From positions 1 through 64,000 of the IMG/VR virus record IMGVR_UViG_3300030085_004215: a DNA stretch of 64,000 nucleotides; one strand, written 5' to 3'. Position numbers and translations under genes: made by a program. Source of the stretch: a virus. Positions 19,596 to 30,393 of the stretch are shown here, piece by piece. Numbering within the stretch: position 1 is the first letter of the stretch; every line of letters begins with the position of its first letter. Below the pieces are notes generated by a model. The model was not told the origin of the DNA. It worked only from the letters and a program-made list of their open reading frames with translations, and did no database searches.

Positions 19596-20450
19596 TTATT
19601 TTTTTTCATTTATTGATTTTAGATAAGAACCACCGATATTCCAAAACAATGTCTTACCTTTTAATTTTTCTATATTCTGTTCTAACCAGTACCATTGTTT
19701 TTTATCCCAAAATTCATTACAATCAAATGGTACTTCATAATCATCCATCATATCATCAAATGCATAAGGTGATTTCTCAAGTATGATATTTTTTAAATCA
19801 CCCGCATGATTTTCATTTAAAATCTTTTTTGTTGATGAGAATGCACTCATCGTAATAGAGTAAACCTTTCGTGATACCGAATCCAACTTCCACCAATCAT
19901 CACCATACTCTAAAAATTCTTTTATCAATCCACTTGCAGTTACACCACTTCCGATACTCACTACAAGATTGTCATAATCCCTATCTTTTAATACTTCTTT
20001 CATCCTATCACCCATATAACTTATATATGCAGGATGATTAAACGCGTAAGGTAATTGTTGCCAACCATTTTCTTTTGCTTGAGTGTTTAGTTTGTTTTGC
20101 ATAAATGCCATCATATTAGGTCTCATGGGATGTAACTTACCACCATTACCCTCAACTCGTTCTAACAATATTTTTGGAAACCTATCAGTATTAGGATATG
20201 CAGAAATAAATTCTATATCATAGTCTTTACATAACTTACTTAATGTCCAACCTGTCCAACTACCATAAACTGATAAGTGTGTTAGTGGTTTTGATTTATC
20301 TATACTATCACTCTCTAAGATTTTTTTGATACCCTCAATCTTTGCCCATCGTGGAAATATATTACCATCTCCAACTAAATCATCTCTCTTGACATCAACA
20401 TCAATACCTTTAAGTGAATATGTTTCTACTGGTGTTTGTATTAAACCCAT
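19596..20450 (-). CDS. PLP-dependent enzyme, fold type II (ACC deaminase/D-cysteine desulfhydrase-like)
   Basis: TPVE...VKRDDL, AK (candidate Schiff-base Lys), VVSIGSGVTASG phosphate loop, LFWNIGG. Confidence 0.7.
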   Translation of the reverse strand: MGLIQTPVETYSLKGIDVDVKRDDLVGDGNIFPRWAKIEGIKKILESDSIDKSKPLTHLSVYGSWTGWTLSKLCKDYDIEFISAYPNTDRFPKILLERVEGNGGKLHPMRPNMMAFMQNKLNTQAKENGWQQLPYAFNHPAYISYMGDRMKEVLKDRDYDNLVVSIGSGVTASGLIKEFLEYGDDWWKLDSVSRKVYSITMSAFSSTKKILNENHAGDLKNIILEKSPYAFDDMMDDYEVPFDCNEFWDKKQWYWLEQNIEKLKGKTLFWNIGGSYLKSINEKK

Positions 20451-21964
20451 TTCCCAAATCCATTTTCAGTACCAGATAAGGTATCTCTCATACCCTTATG
20501 TTTAAAACCAAATATTCTTTCAAAGTTATCACCGATACAATGAAATAGTTTTTTTCTATTTCTAAAATTTATTTCTACATCATTTAAAATTACATCTTCA
20601 ATATACTCTTTGAAATTTGTTCCTTTCTGAAACGCTCTTTTCTCTTGGTCACATACCTCATCTGGTAAGTGTCCACGAAATGCTTCAGCAAGTGGTTTCT
20701 TCCATTGGTTTCCACTATTATCTAATACTGGTTGTGTAAGGTTAGTAGTGTAATCTAAAAAATCTAAATCAAAGAATGGACATCTTAATTCTATTGTTCC
20801 ATAATTCATAAAGATATTATTTCCGCGAAGTAAATTACCATAGTATTGTTTCTCAAATAATTTCTTTCGTACATCACTCCAATCTGGTTTCTTACTGAAC
20901 ATTCTGAATGTACCATATGAACCATACGATTCATCAGAACCCTCACCACTAAACGCAACCTTAACACCATCCTCTGCCATTCTCTCGGCAACATAACTTT
21001 GTAGAATACCAACTTCCATTTGGACTGTCGATGGATATTCTATAACCTTTATTGTTTCTAAAAATTTTCTTTTTAATTCTTCTGGGTCTCGTGGTATCTC
21101 TACCTCAACCAATGGTACATTGATATGTTCTGCAACCATTCTTGCAAACATTAAATCTCTTGAATCCTCATCAAACTTACAAGTGTATGAAACGATATCA
21201 GGTACTTTCTTACTTAACAAATAAGTAATCACACTTGAATCAATACCACCACTTAAACAAGTTGCAACCTTAACATCACTTAATAATCTTTTTTCTACAG
21301 CGTTATCTAATAACTCATATGTTTTTTTATTAACCTCATCTTGGTCAAACTCTTTATCTTCAAATGGTGTCCAAGTAAAATAATAATCTTCCTCAATATG
21401 TACTGAACCAGTAATTGTATTTATTTTAACTACTGAATTTTTTGGAACAAACTTACATTCTGCTTGTGGTAATATTTTTAATATTGATTTCATTTCTGAT
21501 GCAATCAAAATATTTGTATCATTGTTATAAATATATAATGGAATTTTACCAACCCAATCTCTTGATATAACTAATTCATTTGTTAATTCATCATGCAATA
21601 CAAAACTAAACATACCCTCTAATCTTTTTAATTCATTTTCTTTGTACAAATATAAAATTATTTCTGAATCACTATTACTAAAAAATGTATAACCTCGTTC
21701 TTCATATTCTTTTCTTAATTGTGGATAGTTCCAAATCTCACCATTAACAACAAGTGCATAATCATCAAATACAAATGGTTGGTTTCCTGCCTCACTTACA
21801 TCATTAATACTCAATCGATTATGTCCAAGATGTACATTACCACTTTCGTATATACCTCTATTATCTTTACCTCTATGTTCAATCTGTTGTAGCATATCAA
21901 CTACTACTTCATCACTATGATTGATAGTACTAACTATTCCACACACGAAGTAACTCCTTGACAT
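20441..21964 (-). CDS. asnB: Asparagine synthetase B-like glutamine amidotransferase
   Basis: CGI N-terminal nucleophile (true start probably the GTG just before it), HRG, LGHNRLSI, NGEIWN, SDSE, LSGGIDSS, SGEGSDE, ELRCPFFD. Confidence 0.85.
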   Translation of the reverse strand: MSRSYFVCGIVSTINHSDEVVVDMLQQIEHRGKDNRGIYESGNVHLGHNRLSINDVSEAGNQPFVFDDYALVVNGEIWNYPQLRKEYEERGYTFFSNSDSEIILYLYKENELKRLEGMFSFVLHDELTNELVISRDWVGKIPLYIYNNDTNILIASEMKSILKILPQAECKFVPKNSVVKINTITGSVHIEEDYYFTWTPFEDKEFDQDEVNKKTYELLDNAVEKRLLSDVKVATCLSGGIDSSVITYLLSKKVPDIVSYTCKFDEDSRDLMFARMVAEHINVPLVEVEIPRDPEELKRKFLETIKVIEYPSTVQMEVGILQSYVAERMAEDGVKVAFSGEGSDESYGSYGTFRMFSKKPDWSDVRKKLFEKQYYGNLLRGNNIFMNYGTIELRCPFFDLDFLDYTTNLTQPVLDNSGNQWKKPLAEAFRGHLPDEVCDQEKRAFQKGTNFKEYIEDVILNDVEINFRNRKKLFHCIGDNFERIFGFKHKGMRDTLSGTENGFGKWV

Positions 21965-22616
21965 TTTTCTTTTCGTTATTCATATCACCAAGATGAACTG
22001 AACCACCAATTGTTGTAACCCGTTTTAATTTTAAATCTGCTTGTTCACATAAGAACTTACCCATCTCACATAACGCCATCCAATCAGCATAACCACTTTT
22101 ACTAATTCTCATGCTACGAAAAAATGCAGTTAAATACAATCCCTCTTTACGAGGTTTCAAGTCAATTGATAATAAACAAGGCATTCCACTCATTGTTTTC
22201 CTACCATCTGATTTAGGGTCATAAATACTCATTGCAATTGTTTTACTATTCTTATGTTCTTTTAATCTCTTAATAGTTTGTTCTACTTGATTAAAACTAT
22301 TATCCCAATTAATCATTCTACCCCAATAAGTTTTGTTCCACTTTACTTTGGTATCATTTTGTTGAAATTGTAATTCATCCATAAATGGGTGTAGTTTTGG
22401 TTTTACAAATGTAACTGATGATGCATAATCTATCCTATCATCACCAAAGATATACCGAAAGGTAGAATCAAATTTTTTATCGATATCAAAGTTATCTTCT
22501 ATCTCTACGGACATATTAATACTTTCGTTCATCACATCTTTGTTACCATGTTCTAAAAGATACTCGTGTGATTTTATCCAAGCATCTGTCGGTGAATTTG
22601 CTTTAATTACTTTCAT
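21930..22616 (-). CDS. Thymidylate-synthase-fold nucleotide-modifying enzyme (dCMP-type)
   Basis: YWGRM, catalytic PC (MPCLL), FFRS; Asp (GYAD) at the position that is Asn in ThyA. Confidence 0.7.
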   Translation of the reverse strand: MKVIKANSPTDAWIKSHEYLLEHGNKDVMNESINMSVEIEDNFDIDKKFDSTFRYIFGDDRIDYASSVTFVKPKLHPFMDELQFQQNDTKVKWNKTYWGRMINWDNSFNQVEQTIKRLKEHKNSKTIAMSIYDPKSDGRKTMSGMPCLLSIDLKPRKEGLYLTAFFRSMRISKSGYADWMALCEMGKFLCEQADLKLKRVTTIGGSVHLGDMNNEKKNVKELLRVWNS

Positions 22617-24232
22617 TTCTTATGATACACAAATATAGGTTCGAATTTATACACATTATTATCATGTTCAACTGAATTTAATATTCCAGTCTTACTTGGG
22701 TCTAACCCAATCATTCTTGTCATTAACATTTTTAATTTACCTTTATATTCACATCCAAGTTCTTCTAATATTTTTCTACTATCACCCTCTAAATCATAAT
22801 AAGTATTTGCACCAATTTTGATACTAGCAATATTCCAAAGTATATATCTATCATCTTTAAGATACTCATATGCAGTTGTAAGAGTTGGTCTAAGAAAATT
22901 ATCAACCCAATCTTCATATTCTGAATATGCTTTAAAACTTTGATTCTCATCTTGTGAATATTGTTCACGATTAAAATACGGTGGTGAAGTAAACACCAAA
23001 TCTAATTTACCTTTATACTTTTGAAAATTTGGATTGTTACTTATTAATTCACTACCCTCTCTAAATACATCATATGTATTACTTTGCTTTTGTACTTCAA
23101 AAAATTGAGTAAATGTTTCAGAAAAATCATCTACACAATTTTCATTGTAAAAATTAGCAACTGCTTCATACCTACCAAAATTATCAGGATTAGGGTCGGT
23201 TCCTACATAATGTATTTTTTTACGAGAACTCATTGCTCCCAATATCCTACCACCCCAACCACTTGATGGGTCATATATATGAAATCTTTGGTCTTGATTT
23301 TCTATATGGTCTGTAAATTTTTCATATAGTAATTTTGCTGTAAGTGGTGGGAAGTTTACTGCAGGTTGTCCACATGCTAATCTAAATACTTGTAATATCT
23401 TTGGAAAAATTCCAACCGTTTTATCATAGTGTCTAATTAAATATAAAAATTTAGTTACTTTACCACTTTTACTTGTTTCTTCTGAAATTATATCTTCTAT
23501 GTTACTTAACATAGTATCATCTAATAACCCATTATCTTTACACTCTTGCACGTCTTTTGCAGTTAGGTATACATTACCATGGCCTTTGTATTCTTCATTC
23601 ATAGTACCATAGTTTCCGACTGTACTTTCCTTTACTCTTGCAAGTACAAATCTCACATCTTTATGTTTACCAATACAAACCTTACCATCATGGACATTCT
23701 TGATAAACTCTTTACCACTCTCTCCATTCCAAAATGGATTTTCATCTTTCTTGGTTACAATACTTCTTGACCATGAATACATGGAATCTCTTTTTACTGC
23801 CCTACGCATTATATGTACAAACTTTTCTTCCATGCTTGGGTCACCAAAATGGTCATAGATAGATAAACCATTATCAGCAGATTTACCAATACTGATTTTT
23901 GTTTTTAACATTGTTGGAAAAAACTGATTAACACCAGATGCATCTTTATTAAAATTCTTAATTATACCAAGTGATTCACTATCACCAGTATTATCCTCAA
24001 TCAAATAATCACAAGGATTACCTTTTAACTTTTTAAACTTTTTTATTAACCCATCTTCATCTTTACCAATGACAGGTGGTGTACCATAAACATCCCATTG
24101 TTCAGTAACTTCACTGCGAAGTAATCGTGCCCATTCTGTAAACTCGTCGGTAGACATTTGTAAAAGCTTATGATAGGTGGTGTTTGATTTAAACTCAGAG
24201 AATCGACTTCTCTCATAAAACCATTTTTTCAA
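22613..24232 (-). CDS. DNA amino-methyltransferase (N4-C/N6-A type)
   Basis: YDPSSGWGGR SAM-binding motif, YVGTDPN, DLVFTSPPYF catalytic motif. Confidence 0.8.
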   Translation of the reverse strand: MKKWFYERSRFSEFKSNTTYHKLLQMSTDEFTEWARLLRSEVTEQWDVYGTPPVIGKDEDGLIKKFKKLKGNPCDYLIEDNTGDSESLGIIKNFNKDASGVNQFFPTMLKTKISIGKSADNGLSIYDHFGDPSMEEKFVHIMRRAVKRDSMYSWSRSIVTKKDENPFWNGESGKEFIKNVHDGKVCIGKHKDVRFVLARVKESTVGNYGTMNEEYKGHGNVYLTAKDVQECKDNGLLDDTMLSNIEDIISEETSKSGKVTKFLYLIRHYDKTVGIFPKILQVFRLACGQPAVNFPPLTAKLLYEKFTDHIENQDQRFHIYDPSSGWGGRILGAMSSRKKIHYVGTDPNPDNFGRYEAVANFYNENCVDDFSETFTQFFEVQKQSNTYDVFREGSELISNNPNFQKYKGKLDLVFTSPPYFNREQYSQDENQSFKAYSEYEDWVDNFLRPTLTTAYEYLKDDRYILWNIASIKIGANTYYDLEGDSRKILEELGCEYKGKLKMLMTRMIGLDPSKTGILNSVEHDNNVYKFEPIFVYHKK

Positions 24233-24243
24233 ATATAACCTCT

Positions 24244-24762
24244 TTAATTTAAGTGTGTAACCAAATCCAAATTAGTTCTCATAATTTGAGCAGAATCAAA
24301 TCTATATGGTTTGGTTCCAGGCGTTTCTAAGATATCAATACGATTAACCCATCTTGGATTCATTGTATCTTTAACCTGATAAACACCGTCCTTTCCATTA
24401 GTTCCTTTTAACAAAATAAAATCGCCATAATCTAACCACCCACCCCATCGTGTCAAAAGGTTTCTACTAACCGCTATGAATCGGTACTCGCTAGCTTTGT
24501 GTACCCTTATGCGCGTTCCATCCGCGAGAATGTTCGGTGTAGAATCAGTTTGATACGGAACTGGGTGATACATTGTTACGGTAACTTCTAGTCCCTCAAG
24601 TTTATGTTCTGAAACTAACTTGTTAAGTCTATAGTTTTCCGATTTCAAATCATTCACATTATCCATGTAAAAACTTTGGTAATTGTCAAAAATAACTGTC
24701 CAAATGTACCCATTTGCAATAAGTACACTTAGAAACGATAAATATGTTTTCCAATGCTTCAT
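24244..24762 (-). CDS. Membrane-anchored 3D-domain (lytic transglycosylase-like) protein
   Basis: VTVTMY...TDSTP...ADG, IAVSR, VKDTM, RIDI. The track start at 24879 lies inside the tmRNA, so the start is probably 24762 or 24795. Confidence 0.65.
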   Translation of the reverse strand: MKHWKTYLSFLSVLIANGYIWTVIFDNYQSFYMDNVNDLKSENYRLNKLVSEHKLEGLEVTVTMYHPVPYQTDSTPNILADGTRIRVHKASEYRFIAVSRNLLTRWGGWLDYGDFILLKGTNGKDGVYQVKDTMNPRWVNRIDILETPGTKPYRFDSAQIMRTNLDLVTHLN

Positions 24763-24845
24763 AATAGTATTATAAAGTACTTCATTCACACTCATAAATA
24801 AATATCTCCATTTCTTTTTAAAATACAACATTTTTTTATTTTTTG

Positions 24846-25248
24846 TGGAGCTGGGGGGATTCGAACCCCCGTCCTGCATATATTTTATAAATAGTCATTC
24901 ACAGCTTAGTTTGGTTCCAAATCGGTAGTCACCAACAACCCACCATGTCTCACTTTACTCAGAGTGGTTTAACTGATGAAATTTTATACTCTATCACACG
25001 AGTGGATGTCTAACTTATTTTATGACCGAGTGTTAGACAACTCAGTATCTTAAGCCGCGTAGGCGTAAGATGGTTGGGAATCACCGATTGGTAATTCTGA
25101 GTAATCATACTCAGTCAAATGCCAATCTATCACCAACCCGTCTAGCGATTGTTCGCCAATTGAGTTTCGTTGAGTTTTATTTAAGAGTCTACTCAAACTC
25201 TGCTGCACTAACTTACAAAACGATACCAGTCGATTTCCAGTCAGCCCC
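24846..25248 (-). ncRNA. ssrA: tmRNA (transfer-messenger RNA)
   Basis: 5' GGGGCTGACTGGAAATCGAC and 3' GGACGGGGGTTCGAATCCCCCCAGCTCCA form an Ala acceptor stem with G3-U70; internal tag frame ends YAYAA-TAA at 25050-25052; CCA not encoded. Confidence 0.93.
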
Positions 25249-25405
25249 ATATTAATCAATTTCATCATGACCATCTTCATCGTGCCACGGATATAATTCA
25301 CCATCGACATTTGAATCTACAGTGTATTGTAAATCCTCAATTAATTGTTCAATAATACTCCAATCTTCTTCATTGTATGCATCTTCTAACAATTTAATTA
25401 TTTCA

Positions 25406-25999
25406 TCATAATTCATATTCAAATCCAATCTTAGCTTTATAAAATTCTTTACCTTGTAATTTAGAAATTTCTCCTAAATTATATATCCTAAACTTTTTAG
25501 TAAGTTGATATGATACTTTAAATTTATCTTCAAACTCAAATGTATCCCTACCATCTTCTTCGCTTGGTGGAAAGTATCCATCAAATGTAACTTCTACTTC
25601 TACTTTGTCATTACGATATTTCTTCTTTTTACTCATACCAAAAGATACGAATGTTACAAAGTTTTTACTAAACACATTTTCATCTGTGTTACGACTCGTG
25701 AAACCAAATGACCAATCATTCCAACTTCGTCTTGAGTCAATCTTTAAATATCTAACATCACGACTTTCTTTGTTCATATATTCTGGTTTGAAGTAAATAC
25801 CATTATCAAACTTATACCAAAACAAATCATCAATATAAAAAGAACCTAACTCTCTTTCCCATTGTCTGTTAGCAAAAAAGTTATCTTTACTTATTCCAAT
25901 ACTAACTTCGTAATCATCTGGATTAGGTTGTACATTTGGTGTTCTTGCAGCAAATGATGTAAACAACATTACACCTGCTAATAAACTATCTAATACCAT
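25406..25999 (-). CDS. Secreted, possibly beta-barrel protein
   Basis: Signal peptide ending SFA; alternating beta pattern; C-terminus KAKIGFEYEL. Confidence 0.5.
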   Translation of the reverse strand: MVLDSLLAGVMLFTSFAARTPNVQPNPDDYEVSIGISKDNFFANRQWERELGSFYIDDLFWYKFDNGIYFKPEYMNKESRDVRYLKIDSRRSWNDWSFGFTSRNTDENVFSKNFVTFVSFGMSKKKKYRNDKVEVEVTFDGYFPPSEEDGRDTFEFEDKFKVSYQLTKKFRIYNLGEISKLQGKEFYKAKIGFEYEL

Positions 26000-26348
26000 T
26001 ACTTATCTCCAACTCCAAAGTATTCTAATATACCCCATATTACTACTAAACTAACCACAACGAAAATTATAAAATTCACTTTAATCTCCTATTGAAAAAC
26101 TCGTCTATGAAACCTTTACCAGCATACATTACTGCTAACCACAATGATATTTCAATCACCTCTCCATATCCAAGATAATTTAAAGTCTCAATATCCATTA
26201 CTTTCTCCTATCTGAGCTTTTACCAGCTACTCTTTTTTCGTACTTACGCTTTCGTGGTTTCTTTTTTCTTCTATCTTCACCACTGCGTTTTTCAACTACT
26301 GATTTACCTAAAATGGTAATTATCACATCATCCATCACTTTTAAGAAC

Positions 26349-26558
26349 TTATTCATTAATCACTCCCACAATCTTTGATTCTTTTGCCACTTTTACTTCA
26401 AATGGGTAGGGTGAATCTTTTAAGTGTTCGTTTACTTTTGCTTCTGCAACACTCACAGAATCACATTCCACTAAAAAACTTCTACGAGTTCTCTTTTCTT
26501 TCGTACCATTTTTAGTTGGAATCTCCTCTGTAAATATAACTTGTGCTTCAAAATACAT
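26349..26558 (-). CDS. DUF4494-like small protein
   Basis: MYFEAQV...FLVECDSVSVAEAKV...FEV...ESKI pattern. Confidence 0.55.
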   Translation of the reverse strand: MYFEAQVIFTEEIPTKNGTKEKRTRRSFLVECDSVSVAEAKVNEHLKDSPYPFEVKVAKESKIVGVINE

Positions 26559-26584
26559 AACTATTTCTCCTATTTGTTATTAAA

Positions 26585-27565
26585 TTATAAATATGCTCTT
26601 GGTGATGGTAAATCACTATAGTGGTCTTTGAAGTGAATTGATTTATATTTATCAACAGCCAATTCCTTGTGTTTTGCCTCTACCATAATATCTACATCAT
26701 TACCATAAGTATTAATGAAATCATAAACATAATCAGAATGTGCTTGTGGTCTTATCTTATCATCTTCTTGTTCAATACTCCTACTCTCAGAGTAATGAAC
26801 AACTGGCACAATACCCTTAGGCCATGTAGACATAGCCATCTCCAATGCTTCTTGTTCTGATAAATCACCAGTACAAAATTTGTGATGATGATAATCGAAT
26901 ACAATAGGTACACCAACTTTTTTGTATATACCCTCATATAAATCTTTTACACTATACATAGAGGCTTTATCATCATTTTCTAATGTCAATCTACTACTAA
27001 CACTTTCTGGTAACTTGTAAAAATTCTTACAGAATCTATCCATGGCAGATTCTTTATCTCCATACACACCACCAAGATGAATGTTAATCTTGTTGTATGG
27101 TGTTCTTGATAATCCCATCATATCCATAACATCACCATGTATTGTTAAGTCCTTTACACAATTATCAACAACATGGTCGTGTGGTGATACCAATACATTG
27201 AATGGGCCTGGATGCGTTGTTAATCTAAGTTTATGTGTGTTTGCCATAATACCTGCTGAACGGAGATATGTTTTTATCTCATCGATATCTTTCATATCAT
27301 CCCATTCATATTCGGTTTTCCACGGTACAATATCACTACTCATTCGATAAAACTCATATCCATTTAAGATATTCCACTGTACGATTGAGTTCAAATCTTT
27401 TACATTTTGAAGTGTTAGTTCACTAGCGTAATCAACACCCTTCTCATCAAATGTTCTGCGAATCATACTACGATTTGTAGTGATTGGTTTTGTGCCTTTT
27501 GGTTTATCACCATACTTTGTTGGATAACTAAGTTTCATACTAATACATGCGTAACCTAAATTCAT
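26585..27565 (-). CDS. uvsE: UV-damage endonuclease (UvsE/UVDE)
   Basis: LGYACI, FYRMSSD, HPGPF, LENDD, VFDYHHH, HYSE, AHSDY, DIMVEAKHKELA. Confidence 0.92.
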   Translation of the reverse strand: MNLGYACISMKLSYPTKYGDKPKGTKPITTNRSMIRRTFDEKGVDYASELTLQNVKDLNSIVQWNILNGYEFYRMSSDIVPWKTEYEWDDMKDIDEIKTYLRSAGIMANTHKLRLTTHPGPFNVLVSPHDHVVDNCVKDLTIHGDVMDMMGLSRTPYNKINIHLGGVYGDKESAMDRFCKNFYKLPESVSSRLTLENDDKASMYSVKDLYEGIYKKVGVPIVFDYHHHKFCTGDLSEQEALEMAMSTWPKGIVPVVHYSESRSIEQEDDKIRPQAHSDYVYDFINTYGNDVDIMVEAKHKELAVDKYKSIHFKDHYSDLPSPRAYL

Positions 27566-27854
27566 TCTCTACCTTTTATATAATTGTGAAAGTTTAAATT
27601 CTTTAATTTGTTTTTTCTTAGTTCTAACATAATTTCTGACTGCTTCTCCAAGCATCATATCATTAGGATATTTATCAACCAACTCTTCTATTTTTTTATA
27701 ATCAGTTTTCATTACCATTCCTCATTTCTACCGAAATTGTTTTTTTCGATTCGTTTTTTTAGATGTCTTTTATACATCCAAATAAATACTATATTCTTAA
27801 ATAGTGATATAATATCCCCAAACCACCAAAAAACTTTCAGTATAAAATAAGGAA

Positions 27855-28229
27855 TTACCATTCATATCCTTGAAATGGTACACGAACTAAAAAATATGCC
27901 TTGTCATCTATATAAAACATTTCATTAATAGCCCAAGGATTAGTATGTTCAAAAACAATTCTATCTATAACAATCTCTTTTGTTTCTTCTCTTTGCATCT
28001 TAGGTATGTTGTTCCAAGCAAATGCTTCCACTATTTGTATTTCAAAGTGACAATACATATCCTTACCAGGTACTAACTGATATGCTATAATTTCAGGTCT
28101 ATCAACTCCTTGAACTTGGTCTTGTAACAGAATTGGGTCAGGTATCATATATCCTTGACCTTTTAAAATTGCCATAAACATAAATGTTAATAGTGCAAGT
28201 AACAAATGTATTTTACTAAACTTAGACAT
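27855..28229 (-). CDS. Hypothetical secreted/membrane protein
   Basis: N-terminal hydrophobic helix; early-type promoter upstream. Confidence 0.55.
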   Translation of the reverse strand: MSKFSKIHLLLALLTFMFMAILKGQGYMIPDPILLQDQVQGVDRPEIIAYQLVPGKDMYCHFEIQIVEAFAWNNIPKMQREETKEIVIDRIVFEHTNPWAINEMFYIDDKAYFLVRVPFQGYEW

Positions 28230-28405
28230 ATTATTATCCTTTATTGTTGTGCTTTAATATAAGGCCAAAAACATATACGAGTCAAGTACTTTTTTCATTA
28301 GATTTTAAAGAAGTCCTCAATATCTGACCAATATAAAACCATTGTCAATACAAATACTACAGCAAATGTTGAAAGACCTATATATATTTCCATCATAATT
28401 AACTC

Positions 28406-28726
28406 CTATTTTAATTGTAAATCTTGTACCCACTTAGGTACATTTTTTTCCATGTAATGTTGTATCACAAATGCTTCTGCTATATGTGAGAAGAACCAAA
28501 AGAATGTTAGTATTGGTACAAATATCCTATAGTCCAATTCCATTACAGAAACACCCAACCAGGTAAAAAATATCATTCCCATAGATTTAGTCAAAAAACT
28601 TATTCCACTAAATCCAAGACTTAATATATTACCTCTTGCCACTACAATGTATATATTTAACACCAAGTGTATCAAGTTTAAAAACGAGGGAGCAATAACT
28701 CCCATTAAAAAATATTCTGCTATCAT
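28406..28726 (-). CDS. Membrane protein
   Basis: About three hydrophobic segments. Confidence 0.55.
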   Translation of the reverse strand: MIAEYFLMGVIAPSFLNLIHLVLNIYIVVARGNILSLGFSGISFLTKSMGMIFFTWLGVSVMELDYRIFVPILTFFWFFSHIAEAFVIQHYMEKNVPKWVQDLQLK

Positions 28727-29001
28727 TTAAATATATCCCTTTCTAATTCTTTAGCTAAATTATAAAATGTATATGCAAATATTACATATAGTAATACTTC
28801 AATCATCTTTTTTATCCAACTCATTCATATCATAGTAATATGGTCCACCATCTTTGTCAATTTTATTGTTATCACTACTCCATATTTTTCTTATATTATC
28901 TTTTTTACCAAAAATTTTTTCCCAATTTTCATCATACTTCTTTTTATCTGATACTCGGTTCTTATCACCTTTACCAGCATCAGAGTATTTTATTGATTGT
29001 T

Positions 29002-29292
29002 TCATTTTAACAAATTACTCCACTTCATCAACTTCATCTTTTTCAACTGAACTCTATTGTTCAAATCTCTACTGCTTAACATCCCACTATTTTTCATCAG
29101 TTCTATCATACATAGTACATCGCCTACTTCCTCTATAAGCCTATCGTTGTCCTTGTAGTCCTCACAACGGATGGCTTTAGAACACGCCTCAATCATTTCA
29201 CCACACTCTTCCATAGTGATAACTAACAATTCAGTTTCGTAATCTAACTTTTTATTTATTGTATTTTGTTTTTCCATTATTCTAATATCCAA
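29002..29292 (-). CDS. MazG-like NTP pyrophosphohydrolase
   Basis: EECGE...K...EEVGDV motif. Confidence 0.7.
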   Translation of the reverse strand: MDIRIMEKQNTINKKLDYETELLVITMEECGEMIEACSKAIRCEDYKDNDRLIEEVGDVLCMIELMKNSGMLSSRDLNNRVQLKKMKLMKWSNLLK

Positions 29293-29900
29293 TTATCGTT
29301 TAAAAACTTTTGTGCTTTTTTGTATTTTAAAACTTTTACCGCATCACCTTTTTTAATTGTGACCAATTCATTACGACCAATTTTCTTTTCTGCTTTATAT
29401 GTAGTATCCACTTTTCTATCCATACACACCAAACCATTTAAATGGTCTATTTCGTGTTGTACACAAACTGCTTCTAACAATCTTAAATCTCTGTTATCTT
29501 TATCATCCTTTTCCCAAGTACCTTTACCACTACTCGTCTCAACACCACTAAATATCCAACCACTATCTGATTGTGCAGTTTCAACATGAATTGTTTCGTA
29601 TCGTTCTGTATTTACCCCTTTGCCTGGATAAGAGAGACAACCCTCATAATAAGGTATTTTATTTTCCTTTGATACAATCTTCGGGTTGATGAGTACCAAA
29701 GGTTCACGAACATTGACAACGGCCACAGATGCATCAATTCCCACTTGATTCGCTGCCAACCCAATACCGTCCCCTCTTTTGTTAAGTATCTGAAATAGTT
29801 CCGTTGCGATAGCCATTCCCTCTTCAACTGAGACCTCCTTAAGTTTTTTATTAATTAATGGATTGTGATTTTTATTACAATTAATCACTTTTCTTGACAT
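29277..29900 (-). CDS. def: Peptide deformylase
   Basis: GIGLAANQ, EGCLS and QHEIDHLNG motifs. Confidence 0.95.
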   Translation of the reverse strand: MSRKVINCNKNHNPLINKKLKEVSVEEGMAIATELFQILNKRGDGIGLAANQVGIDASVAVVNVREPLVLINPKIVSKENKIPYYEGCLSYPGKGVNTERYETIHVETAQSDSGWIFSGVETSSGKGTWEKDDKDNRDLRLLEAVCVQHEIDHLNGLVCMDRKVDTTYKAEKKIGRNELVTIKKGDAVKVLKYKKAQKFLNDNWILE

Positions 29901-30393
29901 AGTATCCCTTTAGATAATCTTTAACAAAACCATTTTCAACTCTCTGTCTTAGTTTGTAATCATCATAAGATTCACCCTCTAACCTCTTAGGGCCTTTTAA
30001 CAATTCACTAACTTTAGTTCTTGGGTCTTTACCCTTTTTAAGTTGTTTAGGTATTATATAAATATCACTCATTATTCACCTACCTTTTGTTTGTAAAGTT
30101 TAGCATCTTTTTCATCACGAGCGATGAATTTAGTACCATCTTTTAAAGTGAACACCTTGTAGTCTTTCCATTGACCTGTTTTACTTTTCTTTGGCATTAT
30201 GTAACTCCTCTTGTTTTAAAATCCATTCTTCATAAACATCATCTATTTGACTATCTGTCAAATTTCTTTTTTCAAATGCCTTTTCTCTTGTCATCATAGT
30301 TAAAGGCACATCTGCTAAACTTGGTGGTCTACCCCACTCATCAACCATAATCTTTTCTTGTAGCCAAGTCGGTCTATATTCTCGATATGTCAT

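Noticed and set aside
21930-22616. Ordinary thymidylate synthase thyA
   Set aside because: The RSxD Asp and the dUMP-specifying Asn are both substituted, so the symbol was withheld.
24796-24879. N-terminal extension MQDGGSNPPSST of the 3D-domain ORF
   Set aside because: It is a translation of the tmRNA T-arm and acceptor stem.
25050-25310. 86-aa minus-strand ORF ending YAYAA
   Set aside because: It is the tmRNA tag frame extended upstream through the tRNA-like domain, not an independent gene.
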